12,112 nt of DNA, taken from IMG/VR virus record IMGVR_UViG_640753024_000005. One strand, written 5' to 3'. This stretch comes from a virus (lineage: Duplodnaviria; Heunggongvirae; Uroviricota; Caudoviricetes). Made by a program: the position numbers and the translations under genes. The notes under the pieces are model-generated. The model did not search any database, was not told where the DNA came from, and saw nothing but the letters and a program-made list of their open reading frames with translations. This document shows positions 7,677 through 12,112 of this stretch, piece after piece (the first letter of the stretch is position 1; each line of letters starts with the position of its first letter).

Positions 7677-8803
7677 GGCGGCGTTTTCTCCGGGTGTCTG
7701 CGATAATAATCTTCAACCAGCGCATCAATACCGCCGTTACTGTCGCCGCCTTTCCTGTTTTTACGGTCGCTTTCAACCGGCACCAGAAAGCCTTCGCGTG
7801 GTGCAAGGCTGACGCGGGTTTTCAGCCCGTCCTGGTCATTCAGTATCAGGGTGACTTTGCTGGCCAGTAATTCCGTGGTTTTGATGGCATATTTCGAGGC
7901 ATCAATAGTGACCAGCAGGTTCGGCATCCAGAGTTGCCCGTCCTTGCGAGTCCATCCGTCAATTTCAGCCTCAAAGGTGATGGATTTTGCCAGTCTGCGG
8001 CGTTGCTCACGCAGGGCGCGGGCCTGTGCATCCTTCGCCGTAATTTTGCTGTCGGCAATGATGATCATCGGTCTGTAACGGGTCACATCACTGTCAGTGG
8101 CGGTCCCTTTCCGGGAGACGATACTTTTCGCATCAATATCATCACCCTCAGCACCGTTTGCGCGGGCATACCCCTTGACGGTGTATTCGCTGAACCGGTC
8201 GCGGAAGTCTTCCTCAAAATCCAGTGTCAGCAGATTTTCTCCGAGAACCAGCTCATCAGTGGCTGTGCTGGCAGCCCGGCTGAATACCAGCTCTCCGGCG
8301 GCATTGCTGGTCATCAGTACACCGCGTGCGCGGGAGGCACGCACCAGCGCCTCATAAACGGTTTCTGAATGGTCCAGCGTGAAGCCGGGAAAAGCTGCCG
8401 AACTTTCCTTATCGGAAAGCTCCCAGCGAACGGTAACGCCATAAGGGGTGCACAGGTCACGCGCAATCTGCTCCAGTGTGCGGTTTTTCCACTGTCCGCC
8501 ACTGTAAACGGCAGCACAGTCAATCAGGTCAGCCGTTTTGTCACGTCCGGCGACAGTGATTTTCATACTGTCAGCGGTCATCTGGCGTCGCCGTGAATCG
8601 ATATAACCGGTGCAGACAATCTGCCCCCCGATTTCGAGCGTGAACGCCTTCCCCGGTGCCAGCCCGGATAAATCCGTGCCCGGTGGCACGTTCACCCCCA
8701 GCTCAAAATATCCGGCTACGGATTCAATGGAGCGGGTGACAGAGACTGACGTCCAGCCGGTAAAAAGCCTGCCATCCGTTCGCAGCGTGACGGTATTACT
8801 CAT
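7664..8803 (-). CDS. P: Baseplate hub protein, Mu gp44 equivalent (379 aa)
   Basis: Synteny and exact length match to Mu gp44. ATG at 8803-8801 preceded by GAGGTG and overlapping the stop of the B'-remnant fusion ORF. Confidence 0.75.
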   Translation of the reverse strand: MSNTVTLRTDGRLFTGWTSVSVTRSIESVAGYFELGVNVPPGTDLSGLAPGKAFTLEIGGQIVCTGYIDSRRRQMTADSMKITVAGRDKTADLIDCAAVYSGGQWKNRTLEQIARDLCTPYGVTVRWELSDKESSAAFPGFTLDHSETVYEALVRASRARGVLMTSNAAGELVFSRAASTATDELVLGENLLTLDFEEDFRDRFSEYTVKGYARANGAEGDDIDAKSIVSRKGTATDSDVTRYRPMIIIADSKITAKDAQARALREQRRRLAKSITFEAEIDGWTRKDGQLWMPNLLVTIDASKYAIKTTELLASKVTLILNDQDGLKTRVSLAPREGFLVPVESDRKNRKGGDSNGGIDALVEDYYRRHPEKTPPWKE

Positions 8804-9146
8804 TAATCACCTCAATACTGACACCACCGGGAACAAACAACGGGTTGCCACATACAACAGCAATACTTTCAGTCAGGCTGGCAAAACGCATACTTGTCCA
8901 GATTTGTTTTACCGTCTGCGTTTCCACAAAGCGGGGCGGTTCAGGTAGTTCTGCAACTGCATGATATTTTTCCAGCCAGCGTTGCAGCATTTGTGAAACA
9001 CGCTCGTTATCCCCGTTGTACTTATCATTGATAAAACTACTGATAGTTCCGGTAGAAAGTCCGCTCTCAAGAGCAATTTGTTTAAAGGTGGTTTCTTCAT
9101 TTTCTACAAGCGTGCGCAGTCCTGCGCGAATATCGGAAATATTCAT
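8796..9146 (-). pseudogene. B: Truncated B (target-DNA activator, AAA+ ATPase): residues 1-102 retained, fused in frame to a 14-codon remnant (LFVPGGVSIEVINE) that I infer to be the 3' end of gene N
   Basis: ORF starts MNISDIRAGLRTLVENEETTFKQIALESGL, recognised as the Mu B N-terminal domain from memory. Homology stops at ...VVCGNP (8849-8841), exactly where Walker A (GNPGVGKT) should continue. The ORF ends 14 codons later, overlapping the P start. Confidence 0.85.
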
Positions 9147-9184
9147 CTGAATAACCTCGTAATTAAATTTTGTTTAAACGTTAA

Positions 9185-11173
9185 TTAAATGGCTTTTTTA
9201 CGTCTGTTCTGTTCCAGAATATCCAGCGAATGATTCAGATATTCATCACGCTCAGTTTCGTATTCATCATCACGCTCCTGATTCTTCACCCGTTCCGTAT
9301 TACCGGAAGGCCGGAAAATGCCGACAATTCGTGATTCTGGTGCTTCAGGTTCGGCTATCTGCGGCAGCAGCTCTGCCACTTCCAGTGCATCCATTTGTTT
9401 TTGTGCCTTAATCGCTGCTTTCGTCGCAGATTTCAGTTGTTTCTGGCGGCGGCGATATTCACGGCCTGCCGCAGCATCATTAAACGCAACAGGTGCCAGA
9501 CATTCCGCTTCACAGATAAACCGACCGTCCAGGGTGTAGCAATAAACCGTGCTGTGTAACTGCTGTGGATCAAATCTGACCACAACTTTTTTCACTCCGG
9601 CATTCATTAACGCCATGTTGTAATAAACGTTTTTCGCACCTTTAAGGGAGCCGCCAACTTTAAGCGCGAACTCGCCTTTACGTGAAACGTTCACCGCCTC
9701 GGCAGGCAGTAACAGCATCCGTTTTTGCTCTTCGGTAGGCTTACGCACAATCGTTCTGGCGTATTCACGCTCAAAAACGTCATCAAACGAAAGTTTGCCT
9801 CCGCACATTTCTGTTTCACGGCCTGTTCTGGCATTGAACATCGCCACACCTTCGGCAAGGGTTTTCAGAAACAGCTCTGCATCAACAGCGCGGTCGCCAT
9901 AGTTATCAGGTTTTGCCTGCGGATTTGGCCCCGTATATGCGCCAGCCAGTGCCGGATGCTTATCAACGTATTCCTCAAGCCCACCAACACCGAAAGCACG
10001 TTCAACAGGTTTTGCCTGGCCCCAGCCTTTACCGGCAACAACGCTTGTCCAGTGCATTTTCGCGCCCATCAGTAAAAACAGTCCCTTTGGATCGTCCTCT
10101 TTTACCTTAAAGCGGTAACGATTGGGCGCGCCCCCCGTCAGCCATTTATTCGCTGCACCACGGGTGTTATCAATGGTGATGTGAAAATCCTCCGGGATGC
10201 CGTAGCGTGTCACCACATCCATAAACGAGAGGCGAATTGAGTCGATGTTCTCGCTTACATCGCAGCGCCAGCCCAGAATTTTTCGGGTTTTCACATCCTG
10301 CCAGAACCATGTTTTCGGGCGGATCACATCACCGTTAAACCAGCGTACAAAGACGTTATGCAGATAACCGTCGCCGTTGATCCACTGCATGGCGTCCAGG
10401 TGTTCCACAGTTCGCTGCTGTGCCGGTATCAGATGCATCAGTGCATGTTCACCTTCACGACAGGCAACAACCATTGCCTCGTCCAGTTGCTGAATCCGGC
10501 GAAAGGCCGTGGCACGGGAGGGAATACTCCAGCCATGCTCGCGGGCTGCCAGTTCCAGACGCTCATAACATTTGCGGAAGGCGGGCTTTTCCGGTCGCAG
10601 ATAATCTGCAATCAGAAACTGCCAGGCATCCTCGTCAAATTCACTTTTGTGAACGTTGCGACGGGATGCACCACGTCCATCAACAAGCGCAGCCGCCCAG
10701 TCAGGCTTCGCAAACTTCTGTACCTGGTAATACTTGTCCCGCAAAGTGGATGCGCTGACCTGGTAATGCCCAGCAACGGTCGCAAAAGCCGTTTTTGTTG
10801 AAATCCCCTGGTTCAGCATTTCGTCTGCAGCCTGAACCGCAGGCAACCATTTTTCAGCAAGTCTGCGCTGGGAATCGCTGGCGTTATCCCATTTGCTCCA
10901 CAGTGCCTCACGATCATAATCATGGGCTTCCAGCGTGGGGCGGGCGATTTCAAAATACCCCTGACTTGTTTCAATTCTCCCTTGTTGCAACAGAATTTCA
11001 GCACGTAATGCGACAGGGAATGATTTGATATTGAATTCAAATGATACACCTTTAGTCCCTGCAACCTGCCTGAACTCCCAGCCTTCTCTTTGTGCCTTAC
11101 GTGTAATGTTAGTGGCTTGCTTTGGTAAACCTGCCAAACCGAGCAACTCTTTTGCTGTATACCATTCTTTCAT
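9185..11173 (-). CDS. A: DDE transposase A (662 aa), apparently intact
   Basis: Recognised from memory as near-identical to MuA from about residue 65 onward. Catalytic DDE contexts present ([40 protein letters not shown]). N-terminal 60-65 residues differ from MuA as recalled and resemble the c repressor N-terminus. Confidence 0.95.
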   Translation of the reverse strand: MKEWYTAKELLGLAGLPKQATNITRKAQREGWEFRQVAGTKGVSFEFNIKSFPVALRAEILLQQGRIETSQGYFEIARPTLEAHDYDREALWSKWDNASDSQRRLAEKWLPAVQAADEMLNQGISTKTAFATVAGHYQVSASTLRDKYYQVQKFAKPDWAAALVDGRGASRRNVHKSEFDEDAWQFLIADYLRPEKPAFRKCYERLELAAREHGWSIPSRATAFRRIQQLDEAMVVACREGEHALMHLIPAQQRTVEHLDAMQWINGDGYLHNVFVRWFNGDVIRPKTWFWQDVKTRKILGWRCDVSENIDSIRLSFMDVVTRYGIPEDFHITIDNTRGAANKWLTGGAPNRYRFKVKEDDPKGLFLLMGAKMHWTSVVAGKGWGQAKPVERAFGVGGLEEYVDKHPALAGAYTGPNPQAKPDNYGDRAVDAELFLKTLAEGVAMFNARTGRETEMCGGKLSFDDVFEREYARTIVRKPTEEQKRMLLLPAEAVNVSRKGEFALKVGGSLKGAKNVYYNMALMNAGVKKVVVRFDPQQLHSTVYCYTLDGRFICEAECLAPVAFNDAAAGREYRRRQKQLKSATKAAIKAQKQMDALEVAELLPQIAEPEAPESRIVGIFRPSGNTERVKNQERDDEYETERDEYLNHSLDILEQNRRKKAI

Positions 11174-11180
11174 AGCGCAC

Positions 11181-11402
11181 CTAGTATCGAGACGGCCAAA
11201 TATCTTGCGGTGTCATTCCCAGTGCATCTGCAATGATTTTCTCCGCTTTCGGATATCTCTTATCCAAAGCATTTTTCAATGTTGAAGACGAAAGATGATT
11301 AGATCTTCCCAATTCAGCTAGTGACATATTGCGTTTTCGTAGCTCTGCAACGATGTCAGCTCTGTGCCAATCTTGGCGGTTAGTTCTTTTATTCATATGC
11401 AT
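11181..11402 (-). CDS. ner: Ner-family early regulator (73 aa; possible start at the third Met, 11396)
   Basis: Small basic HTH protein with the DWHRADI...LSSSTL...IWPSRY signature shared by phage Ner and E. coli Nlp. Sits between the operator region and A. Looks D108-type rather than Mu-type from memory. Confidence 0.85.
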   Translation of the reverse strand: MHMNKRTNRQDWHRADIVAELRKRNMSLAELGRSNHLSSSTLKNALDKRYPKAEKIIADALGMTPQDIWPSRY

Positions 11403-11587
11403 TTCATGTAATCCTTTCAGATTCCCCCGTGAGCTACGCTATAAAGTAGCTCACGGCATATCGTGCAATGTAGTGTGGAATCACTCTCAAATCAATAGGG
11501 ATTTGAAAGGATTTGCCATGATTTCATATAACGGCATGATTTTTATATGAATTTATTTTGTCTCTATTGAAATCACTAGGATTTTAA
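11403..11587. promoter_or_regulatory. Divergent early (Pe, leftward) and repressor (Pc, rightward) promoter/operator region
   Basis: 185-bp AT-rich intergenic region between divergent ner and c. Candidate leftward elements: TTGCAC (11463-11468 rc), 17 bp, TTTATA (11440-11445 rc), or TTGATT/TACATT further upstream. Candidate rightward elements: TTGAAA (11503-11508), 18 bp, TATAAC (11527-11532). All weak matches, unverified. Confidence 0.5.
11427..11456. promoter_or_regulatory. Perfect inverted repeat, likely Ner operator: ccgtgagctac - 8 bp (gctataaa) - gtagctcacgg
   Basis: 11-bp arms at 11427-11437 and 11446-11456 are exact reverse complements with an AT-rich 8-bp spacer, 25 bp upstream of the ner start. 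Matches my recollection that D108 Ner binds 11-bp inverted repeats. Confidence 0.6.
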
Positions 11588-12112
11588 ATGATGTCTTTTG
11601 AAATCAAAGAATGGTTTAATGCGAAAGAGCTGGAAGGGATGCCTGGTGTACCAAAGTTGGCGACTAACATTACCAGGAAAGCTGTGGCGGAAGATTGGGT
11701 AAAACGTCAGCGTCACGGTGGGAAAGGTGTCGCTTATGAGTATCACATCAACAGTCTGCCAGAAGAAACACGCAGGGCCATTAAAGGTGCCTCACTTTCT
11801 GATAAACCAGTGCATACATCAATCGCCCATACAGTTGATGAGAGGCTAATTTATGCAATGAGCTTTTTAACACCAGATGAGCAGGCCGCAGCTGTGGAGA
11901 TCATTCGTGTAGCAGGGATTAAAGGACTTATGCCTACAATTGTCAGTAAAGATAAGGCATTAGAGGCATTAGGGATTACTGTGGAGCAACAGAAAACCCT
12001 GCAAACTCTTCAAGCATTACCACCGGAAAAAGTAAGAGAGATTTTGTCTCAGTATGAAGGCAAAGAACATAATTTCCCTGTAAGAGAAAACGATGTAAAG
12101 AAAGCTGTATAA
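11588..12112 (+). CDS. c: c repressor (174 aa), immunity repressor of the transposable phage
   Basis: Divergent from ner-A across the operator region. Its N-terminal region is about 50% identical to the A N-terminal domain (shared [16 protein letters not shown]), the known repressor/transposase paralogy in Mu-like phages. Confidence 0.8.
   Translation: MMSFEIKEWFNAKELEGMPGVPKLATNITRKAVAEDWVKRQRHGGKGVAYEYHINSLPEETRRAIKGASLSDKPVHTSIAHTVDERLIYAMSFLTPDEQAAAVEIIRVAGIKGLMPTIVSKDKALEALGITVEQQKTLQTLQALPPEKVREILSQYEGKEHNFPVRENDVKKAV

Noticed and set aside
7086-7706. 206-aa plus-strand ORF (also 7934-8368, 8097-8357, 8610-8948, 10358-10801, 10420-10758 and similar)
   Set aside because: Each lies fully antisense within well-supported, GC-rich phage genes (Q, P, A), where long spurious antisense frames are expected. 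No start context or recognisable motifs.
8796-9184. Possibility that this is an engineered laboratory mini-Mu (MudI/MudII type) with marker or reporter cargo
   Set aside because: No resistance, lac or other foreign ORF occurs between A/B' and P or anywhere else. Lab mini-Mus usually lack the G segment, gin and mom, which are retained here. A natural deletion derivative is more consistent.
11403-11587. IHF site expected between the operators in Mu-like early regions
   Set aside because: Several partial matches to WATCAANNNNTTR exist in this AT-rich region (for example around 11490-11505) but none is a clean fit, so no coordinate is reported.
1-12112. CRISPR arrays, tRNA/rRNA genes, IS elements, toxin-antitoxin or defence-system cargo
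   Set aside because: No direct-repeat/spacer periodicity, no cloverleaf-like candidates and no unexplained ORFs; every substantial ORF is accounted for by the Mu-like gene map.

Overview
The whole window reads as the interior of a Mu/D108-family transposable prophage in inverted orientation (phage right end at window left), carrying a large internal deletion. Left to right: mom and com (both minus strand), the mom promoter region with three clustered GATC sites, gin invertase, a ~2.95-kb invertible G segment bounded by 34-bp inverted gix repeats (expressed Sv-U plus silent U'-Sv' cassette), the tail-fibre gene S, and five tightly overlapping baseplate genes with the exact lengths of Mu gp48/47/46/45/44 (R, W, V, Q, P). 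Then comes an abrupt junction: the first 102 codons of B are fused in frame to a 14-codon remnant that ends overlapping the P start. No lysis, head, sheath/tube or tape-measure genes and no C or mor activator gene occur anywhere in the window. Beyond the junction lie an intact 662-aa DDE transposase A, ner, a divergent promoter/operator region with a perfect 11-bp inverted repeat, and the c repressor. The c, ner and A N-terminal sequences look D108-type rather than Mu-type, as far as I can recall them. The window starts at the mom stop and ends at the c stop, so neither element end (attL/attR) is visible. I found no CRISPR array, tRNA/rRNA gene, IS element or resistance/reporter cargo. All identifications are from reading the sequence and recalled family knowledge; no database search was run.
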